From: Alphaproteobacteria bacterium
GTDB taxonomy: Bacteria > Pseudomonadota > Alphaproteobacteria > Rickettsiales > 21-14-0-20-44-7
Reading direction: 5' to 3'
NCBI GenBank assembly: GCA_043757405.1
Contig: JAYVPI010000024.1
Span: forward strand, 16,412 to 80,411
Length of the DNA: 64,000 nucleotides
Made by a program: the position numbers and the translations under genes. The notes beneath the pieces were generated by a model that worked only from the letters and a program-made list of their open reading frames with translations, had not been told where the DNA came from and did no database searches. Of this stretch, positions 1-9,236 are shown piece after piece. How positions within the stretch are numbered: the stretch's first letter is position 1; each line of letters opens with the position of its first letter.

Positions 1-659
1 CACCAGATATGGGCTGGCATACCCGCCGTAAATCCCAACATTTCGAGAGTTACGATTCTGTCGCCACCGAATTCGCCGAATATTTCGGCATCGACCCGTG
101 GTTGATTTCCACCCTCCACCAAAAATGCGGTAAAATTGATTTCAAAAAAGGCGAAGGCTTTGAATGCCTGGCCGACAATGCCAACAACCTCCTTTCCGAA
201 ATCCGCAGCAAATACAACAAATACGGCATCGAAACTGATCCCTATCTCTTCATCAAGGCCGATTCCGGCACTTTCGGCATGGGCATCATGACTATCAAAT
301 CGATCATGGAAATCACCGAGATGAACAAAAAACTCCGCAACAAAATGGACCGCATCAAGGAAGGCGTGCAGAACTCCCAAGTCATTATCCAGGAAGGCGT
401 CCCCACCATCAATAAACTCGATGGCAAATCCGCAGAGCCATTCATCTATTGCATCGGCGGCAAACCCATCGGCGCCATCTTGCGCGTCAACGAAACCCGC
501 GACGAATTCGCCAACCTAAACTCCGCCGGCATGACTTTCGAGCCAATGCAATGCGCCCAAATCGCCGAACCCTGCGACTTTTCCCCCATCGGCATAATCG
601 CCCGCCTGGCCAGCCTAGCCGCCATAGACGAAGCGGCAAAGATGCAGGCTGCGGCTTAA
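1..659 (+). CDS. C-terminal part of a GshA-type glutamate--cysteine ligase-like protein; 5-prime end lies outside the window
   Basis: The frame is open from the window edge to the stop at 657-659. The run YLFIKADSGTFGMGIMT...VIIQEGVPT resembles the proteobacterial GshA family from memory; no search was run. Confidence 0.45.
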   Translation, partial: PDMGWHTRRKSQHFESYDSVATEFAEYFGIDPWLISTLHQKCGKIDFKKGEGFECLADNANNLLSEIRSKYNKYGIETDPYLFIKADSGTFGMGIMTIKSIMEITEMNKKLRNKMDRIKEGVQNSQVIIQEGVPTINKLDGKSAEPFIYCIGGKPIGAILRVNETRDEFANLNSAGMTFEPMQCAQIAEPCDFSPIGIIARLASLAAIDEAAKMQAAA

Positions 660-662
660 TAA

Positions 663-1802
663 TTATGTTCGAGTTACGGGCCTTACTTTGTTACGGCGAC
701 CTGCTTCCTTTATAGTCTCTTTGCACAATTCCTCTAATTCTTGAAGAAATTCATCCGGCGTTGCTCTTTTAACAGCTGACCATAACTTATAAGTGTCTCT
801 AGAATTTCTTTCTATAGCCAGGAAGAACTTTGTGCTATTTGCAACCGCTATTGAAAGAAGCCCCCTCTCTATGAGATTAGCGATCAACTCATCCTGAGGA
901 TAAAGATAAGCGGTATTTCTAAACTTCGTCTTTTCAATAACTTTAACAAGAAATTCCTGTTCTTTAATTATTGTTGCCAATACTTGAGGAGTCGCTTTGG
1001 TCATAACTTCAAATAATTTTACTTCTACCTTCCCCCTTGGCTCGCGAGTATCAGCAGCTAATATATGGGTCAAGACATTTGAATGATGACAAATCACTCC
1101 TGCATTTTCACAATTTGCGAGTAATCGTAACTTCTCTATTTTATGTCCATTAGTTGGAGTATTGGCATCAATTAATAAGACAGCTTGTTCTGCATTCTTC
1201 AATATCTCACCTGTATAATTACCATTGGCAAGTACTGGCAAGGCTGACATACAAGAATCATAATAAGGAAATGCTCTCAAAATAGCAGAAACAGCCGCCG
1301 GATTATCAAGCATTTGTTGTAGACAAACTCCATTAACGACAGATTCAAAAACACTTTCTTCTGCACTAAAGAATGTTCTACCCCGGCTAACAAGTTCCTG
1401 AATTTGCCGCAAGGCTACGAAATCATCGATTCTTCTTATTACCAGTTCAGCATTGGGACTGTTTGCCAAAGATAGAAAATCTTCACCCCTAGGTTGATTT
1501 TCAAACATAGCCGCCCTTTCAGCAGCCTGCATATTCCGTAATAATAAATCCCTATGGACAGCTCCAACTAGTTGATAAATATCTTCGCCTAGTCTCTCTA
1601 TTGTCCTTAGCTCATAATGATCATCCCCCTCACCCGGCTTTGACGGGGGTATATATATTTTTTCACTGAACATGCGTCTCAGAAACTCTACCTGGGAGAT
1701 TTCCAATTTTGCGATATAATTAACTATTGCACCGCTGTGCTCAGCGGGCATTCTATTTAATATAAAAATAGCTAATAATTTTGCTAAGCTCTCATTATCC
1801 AT
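663..1802 (-). CDS. hypothetical protein, 379 aa, orphan
   Basis: Long uninterrupted ORF that fills the whole gap between its neighbours. It is visibly more A+T-rich than flanking genes. No motif recognised. Confidence 0.55.
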   Translation of the reverse strand: MDNESLAKLLAIFILNRMPAEHSGAIVNYIAKLEISQVEFLRRMFSEKIYIPPSKPGEGDDHYELRTIERLGEDIYQLVGAVHRDLLLRNMQAAERAAMFENQPRGEDFLSLANSPNAELVIRRIDDFVALRQIQELVSRGRTFFSAEESVFESVVNGVCLQQMLDNPAAVSAILRAFPYYDSCMSALPVLANGNYTGEILKNAEQAVLLIDANTPTNGHKIEKLRLLANCENAGVICHHSNVLTHILAADTREPRGKVEVKLFEVMTKATPQVLATIIKEQEFLVKVIEKTKFRNTAYLYPQDELIANLIERGLLSIAVANSTKFFLAIERNSRDTYKLWSAVKRATPDEFLQELEELCKETIKEAGRRNKVRPVTRT

Positions 1803-1840
1803 GCATACGAATTAATAGAAATTAACTGTTAAGTCAACCC

Positions 1841-2332
1841 TTAAAACACCAGCCCAACCAGCGCCATCAGCCCCATTCCGGCATTCTCGACAATACTAAC
1901 CGTTGACAGCGGCACCTTCAATGCCGTGCCCAGACACGCACATTGCACATCCATCCCCGAGCCCAACGCCTTCATGACACCGGCGGCACTCAAACACATC
2001 AGCGCCAGCGTCATCACATCTGTCACCATCAGCGCCGTTCCCGATAAATATAAAACCCCAAGTATCATCTCAATAAACGGATAAGCTACCCCATATTGCC
2101 AAAATTTCCTGGTAACAATGTCATACATTGCAAAGCCTTTCACAAATCCCGGCAGGTCGAACAGTTTGAACATGGCAAACACCATGAAGAACACGCCCAT
2201 GAAATTATGCATAAACCCGATCGGCGAACGATAATTGATCGCCAAAGCCATCACCAGGATAACCGCCAAAATCACACCCAGCGGCTTGAAATCTTCATAC
2301 GAAAACTGCTTCTTCTTTTTCTTCACTTTCAT
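1841..2332 (-). CDS. MauE/DoxX-like integral membrane protein
   Basis: About four hydrophobic helices. The C-terminal CACLG motif and overall layout resemble MauE-type (methylamine utilisation) membrane proteins. Confidence 0.55.
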   Translation of the reverse strand: MKVKKKKKQFSYEDFKPLGVILAVILVMALAINYRSPIGFMHNFMGVFFMVFAMFKLFDLPGFVKGFAMYDIVTRKFWQYGVAYPFIEMILGVLYLSGTALMVTDVMTLALMCLSAAGVMKALGSGMDVQCACLGTALKVPLSTVSIVENAGMGLMALVGLVF

Positions 2333-2335
2333 TGC

Positions 2336-2518
2336 CTAATTCCTGGTAAGCGCACTTGCCTTAAAACTATAAGTCCCACTATCATCCAGCAAATACCCCT
2401 GCTGCGGATAGTGTTTCGGCGGCCGCGAAGTCCCGATTAAACTATCCTGGCTATATTTACCACCCCCTTCGGCACAAGCCGCAAGCAGCGTCAACCCAAT
2501 CATTAATACTATGCGCAT
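2336..2518 (-). CDS. small putative lipoprotein (60 aa from the internal ATG)
   Basis: The internal Met gives MRIVLMIGLTLLAAC, a signal peptide with a lipobox. The longer ORF-track start at 2608 would overlap lptF. Confidence 0.4.
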   Translation of the reverse strand: MRIVLMIGLTLLAACAEGGGKYSQDSLIGTSRPPKHYPQQGYLLDDSGTYSFKASALTRN

Positions 2519-2562
2519 AATCCTTTTCTCCAGCCGTTTCCTATTATATAACTGCTGTAGAC

Positions 2563-3690
2563 ATGAAAATCTACATCGATTACGTATTAAAAAACCTAGC
2601 CGCCCCAACAGCGTTCATCACCTGTTCGCTGGTCTCTGTCGTGTGGCTGACACAATCCTTGCGCTTCATCGACCTAATCATCAATCAAGGCCTCCCCGTC
2701 TATGATTTCATGCGCCTGATCATCCTCCTTCTCCCCTCCCTTTTCGGCCAGGTGCTGCCCATCGCCATGCTTTGCTCGACAATTTACACCTACAACAAAC
2801 TCAACCACGAAAGTGAGATCCTTGTCCTCAAAGCCGCCGGCGTCAGCCGTTTTGGCATCGCCATCCCTTGTATAATCCTCGCCATTTTCGTCACCATAGC
2901 CGGTTACGCCATCTCCGCCTATTTCCTCCCCGCCTCCTACCGTGAATTCAAAGACACCCAAAATTATTTCCGCGATAACTACGCCTCGTTGATGTTGGAA
3001 GAAGGCATTTTCAATACCCCCTTGAAAGGCGTAATGGTCTATGTCAGAAAACGCGAAACGCCGGATATACTGCAAGGCATCCTGATCCAGGACTCCCGCA
3101 TCCCCAACAAACCAATAACCATGATGGCCGAAAACGCGATGGTCGAACGCGGCGCCAACGGCCTGCAATTCATGCTCCACAACGCCACCCGCCAACAAAT
3201 CGACCGCCGCACCGGCGAAGTCAATTTGCTTTATTTTGATTCCTATCCTTTCGACATGGGCTTTTATACCATTGCCGAAAAAACCCGCGGCCGCAAATCC
3301 GACGAGATGTTCATCAACGAACTCCTCCACCCCGATCCGGCACTCCCCAAAAAGACCCAGCGCAAACAATTAGCCGACGGCCACAACCGCATCCTCTGGC
3401 CCCTAAACAACCTCTCCCTGCCCTTGATGGTAATGGCAATAATGCTTTCCGGTGATTATAACCGCCGCGGCCAATCCCGACGCATTATCACCTGCATCGC
3501 CATCTCAATTGTCCTGATCGCTTCCAGCCTGGCCTTGAAAAACCTGGCCGCCAGCGGCAAAAATTCCGCAATTATCTTGATGTACCTCCCCATGATCTTC
3601 ACCATCCTCATCTCCCTATATACGCTGATAATCGGCAGAAATCCCTTCGAGAAAAAGATCGGTGCGCAACCTTCAATGGAGTTTGCCTAA
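2563..3690 (+). CDS. lptF: LPS export ABC transporter permease LptF
   Basis: YjgP/YjgQ-type layout: N-terminal transmembrane helices, a periplasmic insert, then C-terminal transmembrane helices. Followed directly by its paralogue. Confidence 0.8.
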   Translation: MKIYIDYVLKNLAAPTAFITCSLVSVVWLTQSLRFIDLIINQGLPVYDFMRLIILLLPSLFGQVLPIAMLCSTIYTYNKLNHESEILVLKAAGVSRFGIAIPCIILAIFVTIAGYAISAYFLPASYREFKDTQNYFRDNYASLMLEEGIFNTPLKGVMVYVRKRETPDILQGILIQDSRIPNKPITMMAENAMVERGANGLQFMLHNATRQQIDRRTGEVNLLYFDSYPFDMGFYTIAEKTRGRKSDEMFINELLHPDPALPKKTQRKQLADGHNRILWPLNNLSLPLMVMAIMLSGDYNRRGQSRRIITCIAISIVLIASSLALKNLAASGKNSAIILMYLPMIFTILISLYTLIIGRNPFEKKIGAQPSMEFA

Positions 3691-4787
3691 TGCGCTTCCC
3701 CGCAAAAATCAGCCTTTACATGGCAGTGCAATTCCTACTCTGGCTCGGTATCGGGCTTTTGGTTTTTATCGGCCTCATCTTCCTCATCGATACAGTGGAA
3801 GTCCTGCGCAAAAGTGCCAGCCGCAGCGTTCCTTCTGCCGTAGTCCTCCAAATCTCACTCCTCCATCTCCCTAACCTCCTCCAGCAGATCGCGCCCTTCT
3901 CCTTCCTATTCGGCGCCATTCTCTGTTTCACCAAACTAACCCGCACCCGCGAACTGGTAGTCACCCGCGCCTCCGGCATTTCCGTCTGGCAATTCCTCCT
4001 CCCCTCAATCGGCCTTAGCCTTTTAATCGGCGGCTTTATCATCTGCATCTTCAATCCGCTAAGCGCCCTGATGAACGCTAAAGCGGCGCAATTGGAAAAC
4101 AAATATTTTGATAACGACTCCAGCATCATCACCTTCTCAAAAGGCGGCTTGTGGCTGAAACAACGCGGCGAAGCCGGTGATGGCGAAACCCTGATCACCG
4201 CCAGCAGCATCTCCCCCGATAACCAGCATTTCCGCGACCTGATCATTTTTGAATTCGACAAAGAAAAACGCTTCACCCGCCGCATCGACGCCCAACAAGG
4301 AACACTCGCCGATCAGCAATGGACCTTCAACAACGTCATCATCAACAAACCAGGCATTCCCACTGAAAAAATCCCCGAATATAAAATGGCCACCACGCTT
4401 TCCCTGGCGCAAATCCAGGACAGCTTCAGCTCCCCCGATACAATCTCGTTCTGGGCGCTCCCAGAATTCATCCAGACCCTGGAAGAATCCGGCTTCTCCG
4501 CGCTGCGCCATAAATTATACTACAACAGCATCCTCACCACCCCAATCATGCTTGCAACAATGGTACTGATCGCTGCCGTATTCTCGCTTCGCTTCTCCCG
4601 CCGCGGCAAAAACAGCCTCCTCATCAGCGGCGGCGTCTTCACCGGTTTCATCTTCTATTTTATCACCAAACTAACCGCCAGCTTCGGCATGGCCGGCGAC
4701 ATGCCCATTATTTTAGCCGCCTGGACACCGACGCTGATCTTCATATTAATTGGAATTTGGCTGCTATTGCACCTGGAAGATGGCTAA
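3690..4787 (+). CDS. lptG: LPS export ABC transporter permease LptG
   Basis: Paralogous YjgP/YjgQ permease. Its start overlaps the lptF stop (ATG at 3690). Confidence 0.8.
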   Translation: MRFPAKISLYMAVQFLLWLGIGLLVFIGLIFLIDTVEVLRKSASRSVPSAVVLQISLLHLPNLLQQIAPFSFLFGAILCFTKLTRTRELVVTRASGISVWQFLLPSIGLSLLIGGFIICIFNPLSALMNAKAAQLENKYFDNDSSIITFSKGGLWLKQRGEAGDGETLITASSISPDNQHFRDLIIFEFDKEKRFTRRIDAQQGTLADQQWTFNNVIINKPGIPTEKIPEYKMATTLSLAQIQDSFSSPDTISFWALPEFIQTLEESGFSALRHKLYYNSILTTPIMLATMVLIAAVFSLRFSRRGKNSLLISGGVFTGFIFYFITKLTASFGMAGDMPIILAAWTPTLIFILIGIWLLLHLEDG

Positions 4788-4793
4788 AATCAA

Positions 4794-4856
4794 GAGCCGT
4801 CAGCCCGCCGCATCCGGCGGCGCGTAGCAAAAGCGTGCTTTTGCGAAGCAATTAAT
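4794..4856. repeat. ~60 nt dispersed repeat, family C copy 1 (two nested hairpins)
   Basis: gagccgtcagcccgccgcatccggcggcg...aaaagcgtgctttt...caatta recurs at 32507-32567 in the same orientation with few mismatches. Confidence 0.85.
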
Positions 4857-4859
4857 AAT

Positions 4860-5276
4860 TCACCCCATCTTCTTGGTCAGCCCCGACAAAGTCACCGGCA
4901 CCACGCGGCCATCAGAGATCTTGCACTCCCCAACCGCACCGGAAGTAATCCCAAGCCGCGGCTCAGAAACATTAAAATCACATTTCATACTATGCCCTTG
5001 GTTGCCCACCAGCACCGCATACGCTTTTGAATAATATCGTGATTTAGAATCATAGAAATCGTCATTCTGACTTTTGATCCCCACCGCCTCGCCATTAAAA
5101 ATCTCGCCATCATCCGTCACCGCCGTAACTTTGCCATTATTACCAAAATTAGTGGTGAACGTAATATGCATCTTCCCGCGCTGCTTCCCCGCCCCGTCCT
5201 GAATCGGGCTATCCGTAGAATTCACAATCGGCGAACACGCTGAAATTGCCAAAAGCGCAACAATAATTTTTTTCAT
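4860..5276 (-). CDS. putative lipoprotein, 138 aa
   Basis: N-terminus MKKIIVALLAISAC carries a signal peptide plus lipobox. No other motif recognised. Confidence 0.55.
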   Translation of the reverse strand: MKKIIVALLAISACSPIVNSTDSPIQDGAGKQRGKMHITFTTNFGNNGKVTAVTDDGEIFNGEAVGIKSQNDDFYDSKSRYYSKAYAVLVGNQGHSMKCDFNVSEPRLGITSGAVGECKISDGRVVPVTLSGLTKKMG

Positions 5277-5331
5277 AACCGGCCCTTATTTTTCAGCATT
5301 ATTTCTATCCCGCCAAAAAATCTGAGTCAAC

Positions 5332-5625
5332 TTATATGGGTTTTAATACAGTTTTAACTACATCCGGCCTTCTTGAGGCAATCGCCAAAAGCGCCAGCGC
5401 CGCGCCGGAAGGGTTCCTTTTCCCTTGTTCCCAAGCCTGCAATGTGCGGACGCTGACCCCCAGCAATTGGGCCAGACCCATTTGGCTGACGTCAAGATTT
5501 AACCTTATAAGCCTGATATCATCCGGCCCATTAATTATATATCTTTTGCCCCCGCCATTTTTTATCTCGCCAACCGCTGCCAGCAATTCTTGCCCGATAT
5601 TGCGTTTTTTCATATTATTCCTCAA
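5332..5625 (-). CDS. HTH (XRE-type) antitoxin of a HigBA-like type II toxin-antitoxin pair
   Basis: The stretch LDVSQMGLAQLLGVSVRTLQAWEQGKRNPSGAA is a classic helix-turn-helix. The gene lies immediately downstream of, and overlaps, the toxin gene. Confidence 0.75.
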   Translation of the reverse strand: MRNNMKKRNIGQELLAAVGEIKNGGGKRYIINGPDDIRLIRLNLDVSQMGLAQLLGVSVRTLQAWEQGKRNPSGAALALLAIASRRPDVVKTVLKPI

Positions 5626-5926
5626 ATTTCTCTTTAAGTTTTTTCAAAATATTTGCGGGTATATTTGTTTCTTCATTTTTGCTATATATGGTTAGCAACC
5701 AAATTTCCCCTGCCGCATTTTTCCAATAATAAATCACTCTTACACCGCCTCTTTTTCCTTTACTTTTTGCCGCCCAACGCAACTTCCTTAAACCTCCGCT
5801 CCCTGGGATCAAATCACCTTCTTCCGGGTTTGCCGAGATATTATTTTGCAATAACCTAAGCTCTTCCTCATCCAGATATTTATTTACGATTTTGCTAAAA
5901 ATGCTGGATTCGATAAAGGTTATCAT
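5615..5926 (-). CDS. RelE/HigB-family toxin (toxin-first arrangement)
   Basis: GSGGLRKLRWAAKSKGKRGGVRVIYYW...IWLLTIYSKNE matches the HigB-2/RelE-like toxin pattern. It overlaps the antitoxin start. Confidence 0.75.
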   Translation of the reverse strand: MITFIESSIFSKIVNKYLDEEELRLLQNNISANPEEGDLIPGSGGLRKLRWAAKSKGKRGGVRVIYYWKNAAGEIWLLTIYSKNEETNIPANILKKLKEKFEE

Positions 5927-5964
5927 ATAATATACTACAATGTAGGAGTAAAAGCAAGTAAAAA

Positions 5965-6978
5965 CTATTCGATAGTTTCTTCAATCTCCGCCTTTTCCGG
6001 AAATTTCATCCCCAAATGCTCAAACGCCGAGCGCGTTAAACACCTCCCGCTAGGCGTGCGCTGGATAAATCCCTGCTGCAACAAATACGGCTCAATTGTT
6101 TCCTCAATCGAATCAACCTGCTCCGACAACCCCGCTGAAATCGTCCCGATCCCCACCGGCCCGCCATCATAATTCTCAGCAATAAACCGCAAATATTTCC
6201 GATCCGATAAATCCAGCCCCAGCCCGTCCACATCCAGCTTCTTCAAGCCCGAATTCGCCAGTTTGGCATTAATCTCCGACCCCTCCATCTCCGCAAAATC
6301 CCGAATCCTTCTTAACAACCGCAAAGCAATCCGCGGCGTCCCACGCGATCGCCGCGCAATTTCATTCGCCCCATCATCGGTAATTTTCGCCCGCAAAATC
6401 TCCGCGCCGCGCATCACCAAATTCTTCAACTCGCCCTGATTATAAAACTCCAGCTTCAACGGAATTCCAAACCTGTCCCGCAACGGGTTGGCAATCAACC
6501 CCAGCCGCGTCGTCGCCCCGATCAGCGTAAATTTCGGCAAATCAATCCGCACCGTCCGCGCCGCCGGCCCTTCGCCGATGATCAGATCCAATTTAAAATC
6601 CTCCATCGACGGATAAAGAATCTCCTCCACAGATGGGCTCAACCGGTGAATTTCATCAATAAACAAAACATCATTCGGCTGAAGATTAGTAAGCACCGCC
6701 GCCAGATCCGCCGCCTTGGTCAATATCGGCCCCGATGTCGCCCGGAACCCCACTCCCAACTCATTAGCAATAATCTGCGCCAGCGTAGTTTTACCAAGAC
6801 CCGGCGGCCCATAAAGCAGCACATGATCCAAATGCTCCCCACGTTTCCGCGCCGCATTAATAAACACCTGCAAATTCTCACAAAGCTTCTCCTGCCCCGT
6901 AAAATCCGCCAGGCTCAACGGGCGTAGCGAAATTTCGCTACCCTCTTCTTCCACCGCCAGATTTTTAAGTATGCTCAT
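5965..6978 (-). CDS. ruvB: Holliday junction branch migration helicase RuvB
   Basis: Walker [10 protein letters not shown] plus the RuvB winged-helix C-terminus. I set the start at the internal ATG (MSILKN...). The 30 upstream codons in the ORF track are read out of the heptamer repeat. Confidence 0.9.
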   Translation of the reverse strand: MSILKNLAVEEEGSEISLRPLSLADFTGQEKLCENLQVFINAARKRGEHLDHVLLYGPPGLGKTTLAQIIANELGVGFRATSGPILTKAADLAAVLTNLQPNDVLFIDEIHRLSPSVEEILYPSMEDFKLDLIIGEGPAARTVRIDLPKFTLIGATTRLGLIANPLRDRFGIPLKLEFYNQGELKNLVMRGAEILRAKITDDGANEIARRSRGTPRIALRLLRRIRDFAEMEGSEINAKLANSGLKKLDVDGLGLDLSDRKYLRFIAENYDGGPVGIGTISAGLSEQVDSIEETIEPYLLQQGFIQRTPSGRCLTRSAFEHLGMKFPEKAEIEETIE

Positions 6979-6996
6979 AATTCCATAATAATTTAT

Positions 6997-7070
<74 letters not shown>

Positions 7071-7075
7071 AACCG

Positions 7076-7681
7076 TCACCGTCCCACCTCTTTCAACGCA
7101 TCAGTAATCACCTGCTCCAATTTCTTATCGTCATTAGCCACCTTATTCACCGCCAAAAACGCATCCATCCGCGCAATCCCCAAATTGGTCAACGCCGAAA
7201 TCGCATCATTCCTCATATTATCCATTGCCGGTTGCCTGCCTTTTAAATCGGGAATCGGCAATCGTGAATCGGCAATTATGGAGCCCACCTTATCCTTCAA
7301 CTCCGTCACCAGCCGCAGCGCCAATTTCGGCCCCACGCCTGTCGCCTTGGACAAAAACGCCTTATCCTGCGCCGCAATCGCCTGCATCATTTCATTGGGT
7401 GTAAACGCCGAGAGCAAAGCCAGCGCCACTTTCGCGCCCACGCCTTGAACATTAGTCAAAATCCGGAACCACTTCTGCTCAGCTTCCGTCGCAAACCCAT
7501 ATAAATGAATATGATCCTCGCGCACATGCGTTTCAATAAACAACGCCGCGCCACTTCCCGAACCGCCGACTGAATGCAAAGTTTTGCCCGAACAAAAAAC
7601 CAGATATCCAACCCCGCCGACATCAATAATCAGCCTGTCTTCATCAACCGCGTCGATAATTCCTTTGAGCCTGCCGATCAT
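7076..7681 (-). CDS. ruvA: Holliday junction DNA-binding protein RuvA, carrying an in-frame repeat insertion
   Basis: N-terminus MIGRLKG with OB-fold and HhH domains, and a C-terminal domain III. It lies directly upstream of ruvB. Confidence 0.9.
   Translation of the reverse strand: MIGRLKGIIDAVDEDRLIIDVGGVGYLVFCSGKTLHSVGGSGSGAALFIETHVREDHIHLYGFATEAEQKWFRILTNVQGVGAKVALALLSAFTPNEMMQAIAAQDKAFLSKATGVGPKLALRLVTELKDKVGSIIADSRLPIPDLKGRQPAMDNMRNDAISALTNLGIARMDAFLAVNKVANDDKKLEQVITDALKEVGR
7222..7276. repeat. heptamer-arm hairpin element inside ruvA
   Basis: ccattgccggttgcctgcc - tttta - aatcgggaatcggcaatcgtgaatcggcaat. It is read as IADSRLPIPDLKGRQPAM in RuvA. Confidence 0.8.
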
Positions 7682-7761
7682 TGGTCAACTCTGGCACAAA
7701 TAGCGCCCCGCGTCTAGCGGCAAGTAAGTAGAAACTCTCTAAATCTATTAGAGAAACAGTT

Positions 7762-8745
7762 CTACAACATTCCTTTTTCTTTGAAGTAACGCGCCGCACC
7801 TTTGTGAAGCGGAGCCGTATTACCTTCATGAACCAGTTTGCTAGGATCCAGCAAACCAAATACCGGATGCAAAGTTTTGAAATTATCGAAATTATCAAAC
7901 ACCGCTTTCACCACCTGATAAATTGTCTCATCATCAGTTTCCGCCGTAGTCACGAAAGTTGCCTTAACACCGATAGTTTTGATATCGCCAGGGGTGCCGC
8001 TATACATGCCGCCCGGAATTACCGTATAAGCATAATATGGATTAGTAGAAATCATCTTATCAATATCCGGCCCATCAACAGGAATGATTTTAGTTTCGCA
8101 AGTCGTCGTAACTTCCTGCACCGCACCGTTTGGATGGCCGGCAGTATAAATCATCACATCGATATCTTTGTTACACAAAGCCGCAGTCTGTTCAGACGGC
8201 TTCAACTCAGTAACCTTGGCAAAATCAGCATTTTTCCAGCCTTTTTGCTTAATCACGAAATCCATAGTCGCGCGGATACCGGAACCAACAGAACCGAAAT
8301 TTACTTTTTTGCCTTTAATCTGGTCAAATTTATCAATCCCAGAATCCTTACGCACAATCACCGTGAACGGCTCGCTATGTAATGAGAACAAAGAGCGCAT
8401 ATTTTTCATCGGCTTTTCTTTCGCGAAGAAATCAGTGCCGTTATAAGCATGGAACTGCCAGTCAGATTGCACTACCGCGATATCAACTTCGCCTTTGCGC
8501 AACATTTCGATGTTATCGATCGAACCACCGGTTGATTCCACCGAGCAACGAATTCCGTGAGTTTTACGCCCGCGATTGACCAGACGGCAAATTGCACCAC
8601 CTGCAGGATAATAAACCCCAGTAACTCCGCCCGTACCAATCGTGATTAGTTTTTTATCTCCGGCCGCATTAGCGTTTCCACCTAATAAAGGTGCTGCCAA
8701 CACTGTGATCGACACAACTAAAAAGGCATAGATACTTGTTTTCAT
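7762..8745 (-). CDS. TAXI-family TRAP transporter solute-binding protein
   Basis: Signal peptide plus TIGTGGVTGVYYPAGGAICRLVN, the TAXI signature. No permease gene is adjacent. Confidence 0.8.
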   Translation of the reverse strand: MKTSIYAFLVVSITVLAAPLLGGNANAAGDKKLITIGTGGVTGVYYPAGGAICRLVNRGRKTHGIRCSVESTGGSIDNIEMLRKGEVDIAVVQSDWQFHAYNGTDFFAKEKPMKNMRSLFSLHSEPFTVIVRKDSGIDKFDQIKGKKVNFGSVGSGIRATMDFVIKQKGWKNADFAKVTELKPSEQTAALCNKDIDVMIYTAGHPNGAVQEVTTTCETKIIPVDGPDIDKMISTNPYYAYTVIPGGMYSGTPGDIKTIGVKATFVTTAETDDETIYQVVKAVFDNFDNFKTLHPVFGLLDPSKLVHEGNTAPLHKGAARYFKEKGML

Positions 8746-8837
8746 ATAAGATTTTCCCTGCTTAAAAAATAAATACAGTTAACTAACGCGCGCATTATAT
8801 CAACTAAACCTCTTCTGGCAATACACCATTTCATTAA

Positions 8838-9152
8838 TTATAAATGAGATTGGATCTCCGCCTTAATAAAGCTTTGCAAATCACGCCCATTTGCCGTTTC
8901 CGCGCGTTTCGGCACCCATTTCGCGCCATCAAACTCAAAATATCCCGCCCCGCTGTAAGGCGAAGAAACCCAAATTTGGCGGCTCGGCATGTGCTTGTTA
9001 ATAACATATTCCCGCCCATCCGGCATCATTACTGAAAGAATCCCTTCTCCCAACTCTGCCTCAATTTCAAACTTGCTCTCCAACTCCTCAGCAAATTCCA
9101 ACAACTCCTGCAAAGGCGGCGAAGCGGCAATATGATATTCTGTTTCGTCCAT
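8838..9152 (-). CDS. cyaY: frataxin homologue CyaY
   Basis: About 104 aa with an acidic N-terminal helix and the motif INKHMPSRQIWVSSPYSG. Confidence 0.8.
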   Translation of the reverse strand: MDETEYHIAASPPLQELLEFAEELESKFEIEAELGEGILSVMMPDGREYVINKHMPSRQIWVSSPYSGAGYFEFDGAKWVPKRAETANGRDLQSFIKAEIQSHL

Positions 9153-9156
9153 AATT

Positions 9157-9236
9157 GGTTACATAGTTACATGGTTGCGTGGTTATAGAGTTTGCCATAT
9201 AACCATGCAACCATGCAACCACGCAACTACATAACC
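9157..9236. repeat. hairpin element with tandem-octamer arms
   Basis: Left arm ggttacat/agttacat/ggttgcgt/ggttat, a loop, then right arm ataacc/atgcaacc/atgcaacc/acgcaact/acataacc. It fills the divergent cyaY/PBP spacer. Confidence 0.85.

Noticed and set aside
2674-3369. Long antisense ORFs inside conserved genes. Examples: 2674-3369 in lptF, 55090-55776 in cysI, 59265-59828 in cysD, 10704-11174 in the PBP gene, 33699-34389 in tsaD, 42264-43171 in purL.
   Set aside because: They overlap genes with clear conserved motifs on the other strand. Their low-complexity, Gly/Ala/Arg-rich translations are typical of chance open frames opposite biased coding sequence.
7700-7761. Short inverted repeat (ctctaa-atcta-ttagag) downstream of the TAXI gene as a possible terminator.
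   Set aside because: The stem is only 6-7 bp, A/T-rich and lacks a U-tract, so the support is insufficient.
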